From Caecitellus pseudoparvulus (Eukaryota; Protista; Bigyra: Bicosoecida), in the NCBI GenBank assembly GCA_965644315.1, contig CBFFRQ010000067.1, forward strand, positions 1 through 64,000: DNA of 64,000 nt. Reading direction: 5' to 3'. Numbering within the stretch: position 1 is the first letter of the stretch; each line of letters starts with the position of its first letter. Of the stretch, positions 29,001 to 39,575 are shown piece after piece. The translations under genes and the position numbers were made by a program. The notes below the pieces were generated by a model, which had not been told where the DNA came from, searched no databases, and was given only the letters and a program-made list of their open reading frames with translations.

Positions 29001-30960
29001 CTTGTGCCGTGCCCAAGGCAGTCCACGGCAGCACCGCAGCTCCAGAAGAGGCGTTCACAACAGACACCTCGTAGGTCAGGGAGCCCGCAGTCGCGACGGC
29101 ATCGTGCCACCGCCAGCAGGCGTGCACTGGCGCCCCGATCGGAAGGAAGAAGTTCTCGACAGGCGGAGTGGACCCCACATGCCCCCTGCAGGCAGCAGAC
29201 ACTGACAGCCAAGTGGGTACAGGTGCTGCCGTGTCCACCACGATGCCGTCTGTGAAGGCGTACGTCTGCAGGCCAGCGGCGCTGGTCAACACGACGGTTC
29301 CGTACAGCACGTCGCCCTGACCTGGTGCAAACCCAGGCACAGCAGAACACGTGCCTGAAGCCAGGCCTGGTAGCGCATGCACGACTGCCTGGGACGCTGG
29401 CACGACGTCCTCTGCACCGGGGCTGGTGCCCCACATGCACTGCACGTGCTCCAAGCCAGATTCGGCATCCGCTGCACCTTCCCACGCCAGCGCCAGGAAG
29501 TCCGCAGACGCCGTGGCTGCCGCGTCGAAAGATGCAGCCAGCTCGTCGCTATCCAGGGGCGCCCGGAGCGAATCCCATACCCGCAGCAGGGTGGGGCCAG
29601 TGGCGTCCACTGCACCCGTGCGAGCGGTGCTGGTGGTGTACTCGCCAGCGCCATTTGCGAGAGTGAGGGAGAAGTAGGCCCGCTGCCCGTGCACGATAGT
29701 GGAGGCCAGAAACGTGTCGAGGGAGTCCAGAGGCACAGCGGCAGGGGGCGCGAGCTGTGTGCCGCCTTGGGAAGTGCCAGCTGACACGACCACCACAGCC
29801 AGGCCGCTCTCGGCATCTGCAGCGGCATCAAACGTCAGCGCAAACGCGCCTGCTGCCCCAGACATGGAGGGGGCGCAAGGTGTGCACTCAGTGATGGAGG
29901 CACCGTGAGTGGCCTTGTATGTGCCGAGGGAGCAAGAGGCACAGGCGCCACTGGTCGCCTCTCGGTACGTGCCTGGAGCACATTGCAGGGCTGGGGCATC
30001 CGAAGACACTGGCGGGCTGGGGGTGACGATTCCAGTGGCATCCGAGTTGCAGGCGTCACAGAGGGCGGGGTCGTTGCCCAGCACTTGTTTGCAGGCGGGC
30101 ACGACGCAGGGTTGGCAAGCATTGCTCGTCGCGTTCAGCACGAAGCCCGGCCCACACTGGCACACGCCGCCGCCGTGCGTGAAGTCGGGCACAAACGCAG
30201 CATTGGGGTCGGCACAGGCACACGTGCTGCGCCCCGTAGGATCCCCGATCCCAAACGCCGTCAACAGCAGGGTCTGTGCACTCGTGCCAGCCAGGGAAGG
30301 CAGCGTCTCGTCACAGGCAAAGCCGTCCGAGGAGGCGACGCTGGCGTGTCCCGCCATGTTCGTGGCACGAACACTGGTGTACAAAGTGCTCCCAGGCGTC
30401 AGCGCCAGGCCTGTCGCAGCCCATGCCGTGCGTTGCGCCACGACTGTCCAGGGCATGACGTCGTCCAGCCCTGCCGCGCTGCCTAGCGCGACCTCGTACG
30501 TTGCGATGCCAGAGGGGTCCATGAAAGAGCCCCAGTTCGCAGCCGCCTGGCTGCAGTCGGCGGAAAAGTCCACGTCGCCGCCCAGTCGAGCGCCATCGCG
30601 CACCATGCCGGCAGTAGGCCCACTTGTGACCAAGGGTGCACGGCGCCCCAGTGCTCGCCGCGCCAGGCCTGCTGCGTTGGTCGCCTTGACACTACAAGCC
30701 AAGAAGCGGCCTTCAGGGAGGGGGTCCGGCACTCCATCGCTCCCGGGGATAAAAGTAGCTTGGTCCTCACCTGGTCCCAGGGACAGCACGTTGGACAGCG
30801 GCACGATGGAGCCAGTCCCACCTGCCGTCACCTCCACCAGCCCGACCTCCATGCCCACCACTGGTGCCTGGGCGTCTTGCACACCTGTCCACCCACACGT
30901 GACCTGTGCCGCATCGCTCAAAACGGACACCTTGCTGCCAGGGGCATCCAGGAAGTGCAC
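26077..30960 (-). CDS. Large extracellular-type protein with FN3/Ig-like 'D-x-E-S-G...W-x-LG(S/T)xPG..D' repeats and a Cys-rich TNFR/ephrin-receptor-like segment; 5' end uncertain
   Basis: 1627-aa ORF with recurring DAESGL / DPSGI / GTSPGAEDV modules and the segment CAPGTY...CASCSLGTYK...CTPC. No ATG or signal peptide at the ORF start. Confidence 0.8.
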   Translation of the reverse strand: MHFLDAPGSKVSVLSDAAQVTCGWTGVQDAQAPVVGMEVGLVEVTAGGTGSIVPLSNVLSLGPGEDQATFIPGSDGVPDPLPEGRFLACSVKATNAAGLARRALGRRAPLVTSGPTAGMVRDGARLGGDVDFSADCSQAAANWGSFMDPSGIATYEVALGSAAGLDDVMPWTVVAQRTAWAATGLALTPGSTLYTSVRATNMAGHASVASSDGFACDETLPSLAGTSAQTLLLTAFGIGDPTGRSTCACADPNAAFVPDFTHGGGVCQCGPGFVLNATSNACQPCVVPACKQVLGNDPALCDACNSDATGIVTPSPPVSSDAPALQCAPGTYREATSGACASCSLGTYKATHGASITECTPCAPSMSGAAGAFALTFDAAADAESGLAVVVVSAGTSQGGTQLAPPAAVPLDSLDTFLASTIVHGQRAYFSLTLANGAGEYTTSTARTGAVDATGPTLLRVWDSLRAPLDSDELAASFDAAATASADFLALAWEGAADAESGLEHVQCMWGTSPGAEDVVPASQAVVHALPGLASGTCSAVPGFAPGQGDVLYGTVVLTSAAGLQTYAFTDGIVVDTAAPVPTWLSVSAACRGHVGSTPPVENFFLPIGAPVHACWRWHDAVATAGSLTYEVSVVNASSGAAVLPWTALGTAQEVSLLPPAAGLDTNATLSATTLSLPLGNGQETLILSLKATDSAENVANTSSGSIFIGQEAAFSGSIAPVPLTSSGSAGGMCCFQQNTTAVGVQWTVASQAPVHSVQISLGSQPGLRDLRGAQPVPLDQLQALQGELLVSGLHLASGSQVFPNLHVQSSDSWTSVASSVGVTVDAAWSAPVQQPLSMALAASSTLDADGVWQGTVHNQRALARALHPLAASVLGEAPSAVEGQLAFVPAQGTQLNEGSLAAAAFTQATGLTFTADAPWDAQSGAAWALLPVNASACAEAAACAAHAQDIVIDWNAISSSALATTDSRMRFEVGRDFLDAASDLPHVVAVKVANGAGAASLALSPLLIVQPPVLVPGRVAFPSAHPVAHLPGVMTAQHGNALHAKLRLPLLPLVPLASVQYQVSLLADDGSVSRVSGGAFEPATLASATQGNAVELALQDLSLPASLVPGGSVVRVDVTTVTALGASLLTSSPPLLLDSSIPDGGQVHFASRALELSISAVQDAFQAGSTLALDPLPVADVDNLEPLAWVDAVEHGVEVQLGQWSDAQSGMRQVCAFLSTTPAGWAQGSELDRVCVATTPASLVLNVTSIVPEPAAVIWLTVVAENGAGIAARGVAPLALLDTTPPAEGVPAGLWVGALAAEQASACTHTAQLAAVEAGTSLSERAPQVTARAGHVTYRAQTDAPVVLHWAGIADPETGLAGLDVLLVTGAGSSAPTALGLAGNGPISQDSWVSLNTDGLSTPQEFVGLSTDDRPLFGRLSMCQGSTASDGAVVLSPIPAAERAASEAWLLRSERLALVLRATNGGGQQTLLSAPVSITDGTGPVWPGGITAVVDGAVPGLDADCIVAPTALHIAWAQATDAESGLAGYWWCLGSIPGADDKHPCTWAPASAEGVSVPAAFEGVSDTADTPTVALQRDEVTFATVRAVNNAGLETRADSDGIRALCDPEADSTCDDGGHRVLCFAL

Positions 30961-32038
30961 GCTGTCAACGTCTACCGAGCCCTGCCCACTGCGTGCTTCC
31001 TGGCTCGGCGCACGGCTTGGGCCAGTGCGTGTTGCACCTCAGAGCATGAACCGAGAGAGGAGTGCTTTCCGAACAGCGTCTCTTTCCAGGAGTCCACCTT
31101 GTGCTCGAAGGGCTGCAAGAGCTCTCCCCAGCAGGCTGCCTGCACCTTGACCGTGCCTTCCCAGCGGAGCATGACGGAGCTCTCCCACACGCGAAGGGTG
31201 CGCATGCTGTACACGGTGAGATGTGCCAGTTAATGGGGCTATACAACCAACGGCATTGGGTGGAGGCTGCGTGTGGGAGAGTCGGCGCTGGCAGGTGTGA
31301 CGTCGACGCCATGCCGGGCTTGGCCACAGTCTGAACTGCCGCTATGGGGCTAAAAAAGCTTGGAGTACGAAGATTCACCCAAATGCGGCTTTATGAGACG
31401 TGCAGCTTGTGCCCTGGTTGCGATATTCCAAGCAGTGGTGTGCAGATGCGTCTTTCCCTCGGCATTCCCCGACCGAGAAAGTGGCTTTCCTCTGGCGTGG
31501 CGTGGGATCTTGCTTCTGGGGGTTTGGTCAGCACTGACCGGAGCCTTTGCAAAGCCTGTCCATCAATATTCCTGGTGCACCACTTCCCTGCAGGTCCCCG
31601 TCGGCCTGGCCCTGCCACATATTTAGATCCCAGGCCAAGCTGGACATACTCTCGATCTCGGCACAACCCAAACCAAACCTTCCCATGGGGGGCAGAAAAC
31701 CAGCATGAAAACTAGAATGCACGGAAAATGTTTCGAACGCTCTCGCTGTGAACCTTTTTACCCGTGCATCGTGTCAGGAGGTGGTGCGTGCCGCACTGGC
31801 GTGTCTTTAGCCGTTGCGATTTCCGCACTCGTAAACCCGCCGCATTCGTCGCACAAGCACCGACACAGCCGCTGAGTCTTCATGTCCACAGGCTTGACAT
31901 CAATATCTGTCCAAGCATTTTTCCGTGGCATACTTACTGCTCTTCCGCGCAACATTGCGGAGACTCTGCTTCACGAGCCTTGCTCAGCGTGTTGCTTCAA
32001 CTTCAGCGTTGGCCACTGGCATCCTGACGCTACTTGCC

Positions 32039-33202
32039 ATGGCAACCTTTGAAGATTCAGCCCACCTCAAGATCCAGTGGAAGGCCGCTTGTGATGAGGA
32101 GGATGTAGATGAGCTGTGGGACATCTTGCAGCAAGCCAGCGGCCACACTGCCAGTTTGGCTGAGGTACTAACGAGTTCAGACACAACAGCTGGGTTTCAG
32201 GTTGCGTGCCAGAAAGGACACCTGGAGTTGATGCGTGAGCTGCTGCACCTCACAGGTAGCCTCACGGTGGATGTACATGCGGCAGACTGGGATGGACCTG
32301 AGGCTGGCTTCCGAAGAGCTTGCTACTTTGGCCACATCGACATCGTGCGTGAGCTGCTGAGCCTCACTGGGGCGCGTGAAGTGGACATGCACGTGGCAGA
32401 CAGGTCAGGCCTTGAGGCTCCCTTGCGGTGGGCATGCCGCAATGGTCACTTGCATGTCGCGCAGGAACTATTGGGGCTTACAGGGGCGCGGGCTGTGGAT
32501 GTGCATGCAGCGGATTGGGATGGCCCCGAGGCCGCCTTCCGATGGGCATGCAAGAAGGGCCACGCAGATGTTGTCCGTGAGCTCCTGGGTCTGACTGGAG
32601 CGCGGGCAGTGGACGTGCACGCGGAGTATATGGGACGGCCCGAAGCCGCCTTTCGATGTGCATGCGAGAATGGCCACCTCGACATCGTGCGCGAGCTGCT
32701 GGGCCTGACTGGTGCGCGGAAAGTGGATGTACACGCGGCGGATGGGAACGGACCTGAGGCCGCCTTCCGCGCGGCATGTACCAATGGTCACACAGATGTT
32801 GTCCGTGAGCTACTGGCCCTGACTGGGCCACGGGAAGTGGATGCGCATGCGGCGGACGGAGCAACATCTGAGGCCGCCTTCCGAGAGGCATGCAAGAATG
32901 GTCATAGAGACGTCGTGCGTGAGCTGTTGGGTCTGACTGGAGCACGGGAAGTGGATGTGCACGTGGGGGATTGGGGAAAACCTGACGCCGCCTTTCGATG
33001 GGCCTGCAGATTTGGTCACATACACGTTGTCCAAGAGCTGCTGAGTCTCACTGGAAGCCGAGCCATCCCAGCTCACTCCTGGCAGCGAGAAGGGAAGGCT
33101 TTGATCCAAGCTGCGCGTGATAGAGTGTGGGCTGGCACCAGCACTCGGCACGGGCGGCGTGCGATGCTGTTGCTGAGATCTCGTGGTTTGGGGCGAGAGT
33201 GA
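32039..33202 (+). CDS. Ankyrin-like repeat protein (about seven 38-aa repeats)
   Basis: Repeat EAAFRxACxNGHxDVVRELLGLTGARxVDVHA. ATG 32039 (MATFED) is the likely start. Confidence 0.88.
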   Translation: MATFEDSAHLKIQWKAACDEEDVDELWDILQQASGHTASLAEVLTSSDTTAGFQVACQKGHLELMRELLHLTGSLTVDVHAADWDGPEAGFRRACYFGHIDIVRELLSLTGAREVDMHVADRSGLEAPLRWACRNGHLHVAQELLGLTGARAVDVHAADWDGPEAAFRWACKKGHADVVRELLGLTGARAVDVHAEYMGRPEAAFRCACENGHLDIVRELLGLTGARKVDVHAADGNGPEAAFRAACTNGHTDVVRELLALTGPREVDAHAADGATSEAAFREACKNGHRDVVRELLGLTGAREVDVHVGDWGKPDAAFRWACRFGHIHVVQELLSLTGSRAIPAHSWQREGKALIQAARDRVWAGTSTRHGRRAMLLLRSRGLGRE

Positions 33203-35210
33203 CGATCATGCTCCAATGCAGTGGTCATTGCCGCCATAGATTTGGATGGATCTGCCGGATTTAGCACGCCTCCCCCCCCGTACACACTTCACTTCTACTA
33301 TTGCTCCTTCGGGAGGCTGCTGCATCGCGTTCCGGGGCTACTTTCCTTCCACCTGCCTCCTTCGATCAAGTTCCTGGCCACTTCACAGCTCTCCTTCTCT
33401 CTGCCATTTTACTTTCACCCGACACATTCAGATCAATGCCGACAGACACGCAAGATGCCATCATGCTTACGTGCCTGGTATTCATGTTTCATCAGACCAA
33501 AGCTGCTGCTGACCCCTGACTTGCCTTCCCTCCTTCGCGTCGAATGCATGAGCCGGTTGCCCTCGCTCGCACATCCACTTGCACATCGCCAGCTTGAATG
33601 TTCAGGACCAATGCAACCATGCAGAGACTCACATCAAACATTGAGTGCTCCTCTCTTGATGGGTTCTGCAACGGCTGCTCCAGCTTTAGCATTACCCTCC
33701 CACGATGCAGGAGTGGCTTTTACACACCCAACTTCAAACGCCCGGCTTGAGCACCTGCCTCTTGCGTGCCCAACAAATGGCTAACCTTGCTACCGGACCA
33801 ATGTGGAGGTTCATAAGGTATTCACGCAAGAAGATACTTCCAGCGGGTCTGTTGCGCAATTCTTCTCGCCTGCCCCTGCGCACAAACTTCACGCTCCACC
33901 CCACCAACATTCGCGTGCCCAAAGCAGCACCTTCACTCACTGCAGCTCGAGTGTATACCGCGGGTGAAAGGCCCGCTCTTCACGATGTCCACATCTTGCA
34001 CATTCCGAAATCCCAGGGCCCCTTGTCGGCGGCGACAGCAGGAGGCCTCAAGCGTGCTGCACGTGCAAGCCATCTCAACCGCACCTTCGAGCTTTCGAAG
34101 CAGCAGCGGCACCGGAAAGGACTTCCAGCCCCCAGACCTCGCGGCCGACTTTTCCTCTGCAACATTGTGAATTTCATCGCTGCGGCCGCCCATACCTTGC
34201 GTTAGCCTCTCTGGAATCGACCGCGCCAGTCCCGGCAGCGGAAACCGATTTCCGCAGCCCAGCTGCCTGCTCTTCGCAGCCTCTTGGAGGTTTGTCACAA
34301 AGCGATTGCAAGCAATTAAATCATGACACGCCATTTAACTCGAAACAGTGCTTAGTTCTAGCCACCTATGACTCTCATTCCTGCAGCACTCGTTGCTCAG
34401 CACTCTGCTTGATTGCTTTGCCCAGCGACGCCGACAGAAGTGGACATGGTTCCAAAGGCATGCCAGACGGCGGCTCTCCACACAGCGATGGGTTTGAAGT
34501 TGAAGAGCGTATTACTTCACCTTCGGTGACCTCACGGACTCGTGTAACCATACGGACTTGCTTGAGTAGGATTCTGCCTCGCAGATGGTGCGTCACGGAT
34601 TGGTGGATCAGGGTTGGTTTGAACTCCAGGGGCCCCTGTGATTTGTCACCAGCGGAGTCGATTTCCACAGTGAGGAGGTGTTGTGCAATATGAATTTACC
34701 AGCGCCTCCCATCCACTCATGTATGCCTTGTTGGGTGTTCTTTTTTTCGTGCAACTGAGGGTGCGGCAGTACGCGGGTGTTTGTAGCCGTTTGTGCTCGT
34801 GTCTCGATCGGCAGCCCTGCCCCAGCGCAACGTAGGCCCGCTCGTTCGCCTAAAACGGATACTCATCTGTTTCTCCGCTTTGCACTGAATTGCCACTCAG
34901 TGCCTTGGTCTTGGTACTTTCCTCAGCAAGTCTCGAGCACAGTTTGAATGGTGAGCATAACGGCAAGATTTTGAGCGTTGCTCACAGGTCAAGGTCTCCC
35001 CTACCGTGAAAGCAGGCGGGACTTCAAGCCCAAGGGAGGCTAGATCGGCGTGCGAAGTCACAAAGGGGGACTGCATTGAGTCCACCGGAGCACACCATTC
35101 TTGCAGCTGTGAGGGTTTGAAACGGTGTGCGGAAATCGCTACGCATACCGTCACACTTCCCCCCCTCCTTTGCCAAATAGGCGATTCTCTACAACACAAA
35201 GGACGCCCCG

Positions 35211-36644
35211 GTGACGGGGGGCATGTTGGGCACAACTCCTGGCTCACTTTCCTTCTCTTGTCTGTCTCGGGAGCGCCCCTTTGACCCGAGTGGTGCAAAC
35301 AACCTACAAAGTCCAGCTACCATGCTCTCTGAATTGGGCATCCCCGTGGATGGACACATCCTGGGCGACGCAATCCTGCGCCTTTCGAACAGAAATGCCC
35401 CCGTCTTTGTATTGGACCCCGCTCTCATCCCCGAATTCTCCTTCCAGAAGCTGGACAGTCATGGACTGTGCTCCCGGCCGAAGTGCAAGGCACATGCATC
35501 AGCCGTGTTTCATGCTACCCACTGCATGTTTTACCATGCAACAAGGAAGAACCTGAACAAGGCACACGCTGAGTTCCAAGACGTGTTCACTGAGCTGTGG
35601 GACAAGGCATGTGCCATGCGAGGCCTACCGAGCACCAGCCGGACTGTTTACCCAACCGTCGCGGACATGGTGCAGACCATGTTCCGTGTTTACGAGGACA
35701 TCGTACCTATTTCCTTTCATGCTCTCATTGACATGTGGTTGGTCCGCAGACTCTTGGACCTCCACAACGCCCCTCGTGCGAGCCTGGCAACCTTCACGCA
35801 GGTCCAGAGCCACGCTGTTGGCTTGCCGATGCAAACACTCCACACCCAGCAGGGTTCACTGGGGCCACCCGGAATCCAAGGGTCAGCTGTAAGTCAAGAA
35901 TCGCAAGGAAGTGCCAGCAACGTTCCTACTGTCCCCTCCCTCGGGATATCTCTGGGGCAAGCACCCGCCCCCCAACCCACGCCGCCCACCGGAGGGCTGG
36001 GTCCAGTTGAGGGCAGCGGAGAGAGCTCCTTGGATTCGTCTTTTGCGAGTAGCACCCAAAGCCACAGCGCGTTGCTCGAGAATCCTCATCTGCCTCATGA
36101 CTCGCACGATCTGGCCGGACAGTCACAGCCTGGGGAAGAGCCCGTGGAGCCCGATGCGCAACGTGCTGCCCGAGCAGAAGCTGCGCGTCAATCGGCGCTG
36201 GTGGGGATGGGCATTTCTTCGGCAGTAAATGCTTTTGCTCGTGATGCGATTGCCCTTCTTGCACCATTCGAGAAAATGGCAGAGATGCTCGTGCTGCTCG
36301 TGGACAAAGTGGACCAGGGCCGGGCAGATCAGAGGAGAGCTGTGGAGCTCCTCAGTGTCATAGCTTCTTCACAAACTGGGCACATTCCCGCTGACACTGC
36401 AAGTGCTTCGAGGTCACCATCTTCTTCTCGTGCCCCACCGAGCTCTTCTGGTGCGATGCGGCAAGAAGGATTAGGTGGTCCCGCCCCAACTCCTTCACCC
36501 GAGGCTTCGGACCGCCCCACCATTGGCGGTCACAAGAGAACTCGCCCAAACTTCACTGACAACGTGCCAAGCACAGGAGATGCATTTCTCCAAGACGTAG
36601 CGAGATACAACAGACGCCGCCGAGGGCACTCTGACTCCCCGTGA
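35211..36644 (+). CDS. Transposon accessory protein (Cys/His cluster at the N-terminus, low-complexity C-terminus, basic NLS-like end)
   Basis: 477-aa ORF inside the TIRs, convergent with the transposase. Motifs GLCSRPKCKAH...HATHC, HKRTRP and RRRR. The first ATG is near 35322. Confidence 0.7.
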   Translation: MTGGMLGTTPGSLSFSCLSRERPFDPSGANNLQSPATMLSELGIPVDGHILGDAILRLSNRNAPVFVLDPALIPEFSFQKLDSHGLCSRPKCKAHASAVFHATHCMFYHATRKNLNKAHAEFQDVFTELWDKACAMRGLPSTSRTVYPTVADMVQTMFRVYEDIVPISFHALIDMWLVRRLLDLHNAPRASLATFTQVQSHAVGLPMQTLHTQQGSLGPPGIQGSAVSQESQGSASNVPTVPSLGISLGQAPAPQPTPPTGGLGPVEGSGESSLDSSFASSTQSHSALLENPHLPHDSHDLAGQSQPGEEPVEPDAQRAARAEAARQSALVGMGISSAVNAFARDAIALLAPFEKMAEMLVLLVDKVDQGRADQRRAVELLSVIASSQTGHIPADTASASRSPSSSRAPPSSSGAMRQEGLGGPAPTPSPEASDRPTIGGHKRTRPNFTDNVPSTGDAFLQDVARYNRRRRGHSDSP

Positions 36645-36649
36645 TTGTT

Positions 36650-38832
36650 TCACTCGTTCACGTAGCCGTAGTTGTAGGACTGACAATCCATCATGTACGC
36701 GACAAGCTGACTCCCGTCAAAGTCCTCCTTGAAGTGCTCTGGTGGGAGCCACGTGTAGTCTTTCTTTGCCACGTCGCGGGTCTCTGCTTCAAGGAGGGAT
36801 GTGAGCAAGTGCCCTCCGGTCTGCCCATCAGGGAGGGTCTCGAGGAGTTCATCTCCGTACTTGTCATAGTACCACACATCATACGCCTCTTCTGACTCCT
36901 CAAAAGTGGCGGTGTCTCGAGTGGGTTCAATAAGAGCGTAGACGATCCCACGAGGGTAGGACAGCTCAGGATCATGATTGTACTTGCCGACTACAACTGG
37001 CTTGCCGGCAAGAGCAGCCTTGTCTGCTGCAGCACCCCACAGCTTTTCAAGATCCATGACTTCCTGTGGGCGTACCTTGTCGTCGTCAGTCTTGGCGGGG
37101 CGGCAGTATCCAGGTGGAGAGTGTGGCGATGCCATGATGCCAGGAGAGGAGGCCCCCCAGGGGATGCGACACCAGAGCGTGGCGAGACAGCTACCTGCCT
37201 GCGCTGCTTTTTCAGCCTGCCAAGTTCTGTGAGACCACCGCACAAAATGCCACTTACAAGAGGAGACAAGTTCCCTTGTTCCGACCAGGCGAGCACTTGC
37301 TGCAGCTGAGTAGCAGCCTCAATATCGCTTCGTTCCAGTGAAGGCCTCCCGGCCGTACCCAACTCGGCCCCGCGAAGCAGCCGTAAGACGTCATGAAGAA
37401 AAGATACGCTCCTTCGTTTCGCGATGCCGCTCGGAAGGCTTGCGTCAAGTTCACTGTCACGGCGATTAGAAGCAGGACAATCTCCAGCCAAGGATGCAAA
37501 CAGCTCAAACAGGACGAGTGCTGGCTGACGCGAACCGCGGATGTGGAGCCACTGCTCTGACCGAGGAACCCGGTGCCCCTCTGCTTGTTGGAAAGCGAGC
37601 ATCCCAGCAGTAATGTACCCCATGTCTCTGATCTCTTTTTCCTTGGTTTGCGCTTGCAATGGTCTGACACTGGACGATCGGACGAGACCACACACCGTCT
37701 TGAACTCCTTCACACAGTTCTCGACAACCTGGCGACCTGACACGAAGATCTCACGCTGCACAGTTTTGTGTGCCAGGGCGGAAGCCGTTGCTCTTGCCAA
37801 GTCCCGTGGAGAATGCAGAGAGCCAGGGGCTGGCGAGGAGACCCACAGAGACTGAACTCGGGCCGCCATCTTCTCCAACGCCTTGTTGCCCGGAAGGTGC
37901 CGCACAGCAGGCCTGACTCCCTGGAATACACCGTCACCGACAAAGTACTCGCCTTGCTTGATGGCGCCTGAGCGCAGCATGCGCTCGGTTGCTCGTCGCG
38001 CGGCTGCAATCTCAGACACTGTGTTGCCCTTGCCCATGGGTTCGATCCATATAACCCTCCCCGAAACACTGCAGAACAACAGAAAGTTGTACCCGTACAT
38101 CGATTGGTGGTTGCTGTACCAGATGCGGTTCTCTTTGTCTGAAGAAGTTGCTTTCGTCTCCCATGTCAGGCCGTCTACGAACCCTACCAGCCCTGGAGCC
38201 AGTCCACCATGGAAGGAAAGCGCCTCTCTGCGGTGCTCTGGAAGCACTGCCCAGGGCAGCGCTTTGTAAAAGAAGGTCTTCAGCACTGGAATCAACCGAG
38301 GAATGCTGTCTTGGAGAGTAGTAGCGGCAATGCTCAGCCTAGACGTGATCTCTTGGCGGTTGCGCCCGGCACACACCATCATCACCCCGAGCAAGAGGTC
38401 GGCTTCACGCCCATTCTGGATGTCCCTGAGGGCGTTCCACCTCAAGAAGCTGTCCGATATCAAGCCAGAGAGGGCTTTGGCTAAATTTCTTGCTCTCATG
38501 CGCATGAAGGTGAGGCACTCGCCCGATGTGAGGAATTCGTAGGTGGGTGTCCCCTTGCGGATTTTGGGGTGCAGCCTGGCCCCCTCCATCGAGTCGTTGC
38601 GGTCGATGTTGCGACGTTTCGTGCCCCGCAGCTTTTGTGTTTTATGGTATACCCTTTTGATCAACTTGTGACCGACATGTTGAATCACGCAACATGCAGA
38701 ATGTGGCGCAGAGGCCCGTCGCTCAACGGATGCTGCCGTTGTCGGGGTGACAGAAACGCTCGGCTGCACCAAGCGTGATTGGGTGGACTCCATTGCCTCG
38801 AAAATGCCACAACACCCGAATAATTGTACCAA
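36650..38832 (-). CDS. DDE_Tnp_4-like transposase, probably spliced (intron 37064-37194) onto a C-terminal exon
   Basis: GFVDG, WYSNHQ..YGYN, GDGVFQG and RQVVENC..EFK give the Harbinger/IS5-type D-D-E. The predicted intron joins ORF 36991-38832 in frame to ORF 36650-37243. Confidence 0.85.
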
Positions 38833-39575
38833 TGCTTGATTTCCAGAGTCCTAATCGCCGCTCTTGCAGTGCTGACTCTCTCAGGGTTGATTTCCTGTCT
38901 CGACAGCGTGCGACCCCTTTCTCACTAACGCCTGGGGCAAAAAATCAAGGTTCGGCTCGTTGATCTCGCCAAAATGGCTAAAACAGTTCCTCAGGCATGG
39001 TACATTCTCTTTTTCCCGACAGTCAACTAGCGCAAACATAGAAAGATTCTAAGTCGATGTGTTGATCTCACAGGATTGACACAAGCCGTTGGTATCTCGC
39101 CTTGATCCACCAATCCGTGACGCACCAGATGTGACTGATCTCTGCGCCGGCCAGCGACAAGCTTGACGGATCAATCCTATTCTTGAAAAATGAAACAACC
39201 CATCTTTCCCCAAAACATCCTTGCATACAACTGAGATCCTTCACTTCCCACTGCCTCAAGGCAGCTTCGAACTTGTGTTGCTCCAGCGAGCCCGGCGGAA
39301 TTGCCCGTGCACCATCAAGCAGTGCAACCTGCTGCTGACCTCAGCAACAGCAAAGGGTCACCGCAACACGAGTCTTGTCCGCTGACGAGGCCCAGGTGCG
39401 ATACGTCAAGTACGTGCGTCAACTTGTTTTCAGGCCTCGTGTGTCGGAACTCTGGGAATGTGTGTGGCGTGGTGGGGGGAGCGTTGGCGCTTTCACTTGT
39501 CACAAATGCCCTGCACGGCCGTTCACCCCTCCACATAGGATACGCCAGCGTCTTGACAAACTTGTGCTAAACAAC

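Larger units (their letters stand above)
34587..39126 (-). mobile_element. PIF/Harbinger-IS5-related (PHIS) DNA transposon, 4540 bp
   Basis: Perfect 24-bp TIRs GGTGCGTCACGGATTGGTGGATCA (34587-34610 and 39103-39126). AGAT flanks both sides. It contains a DDE transposase and an accessory ORF. Confidence 0.9.

Noticed and set aside
37227-37257. 31-nt GTAAGT...CACAG candidate intron in the transposase
   Set aside because: Removing it gives an immediate in-frame stop and does not join the downstream ORF, whereas the 37064-37194 intron does.
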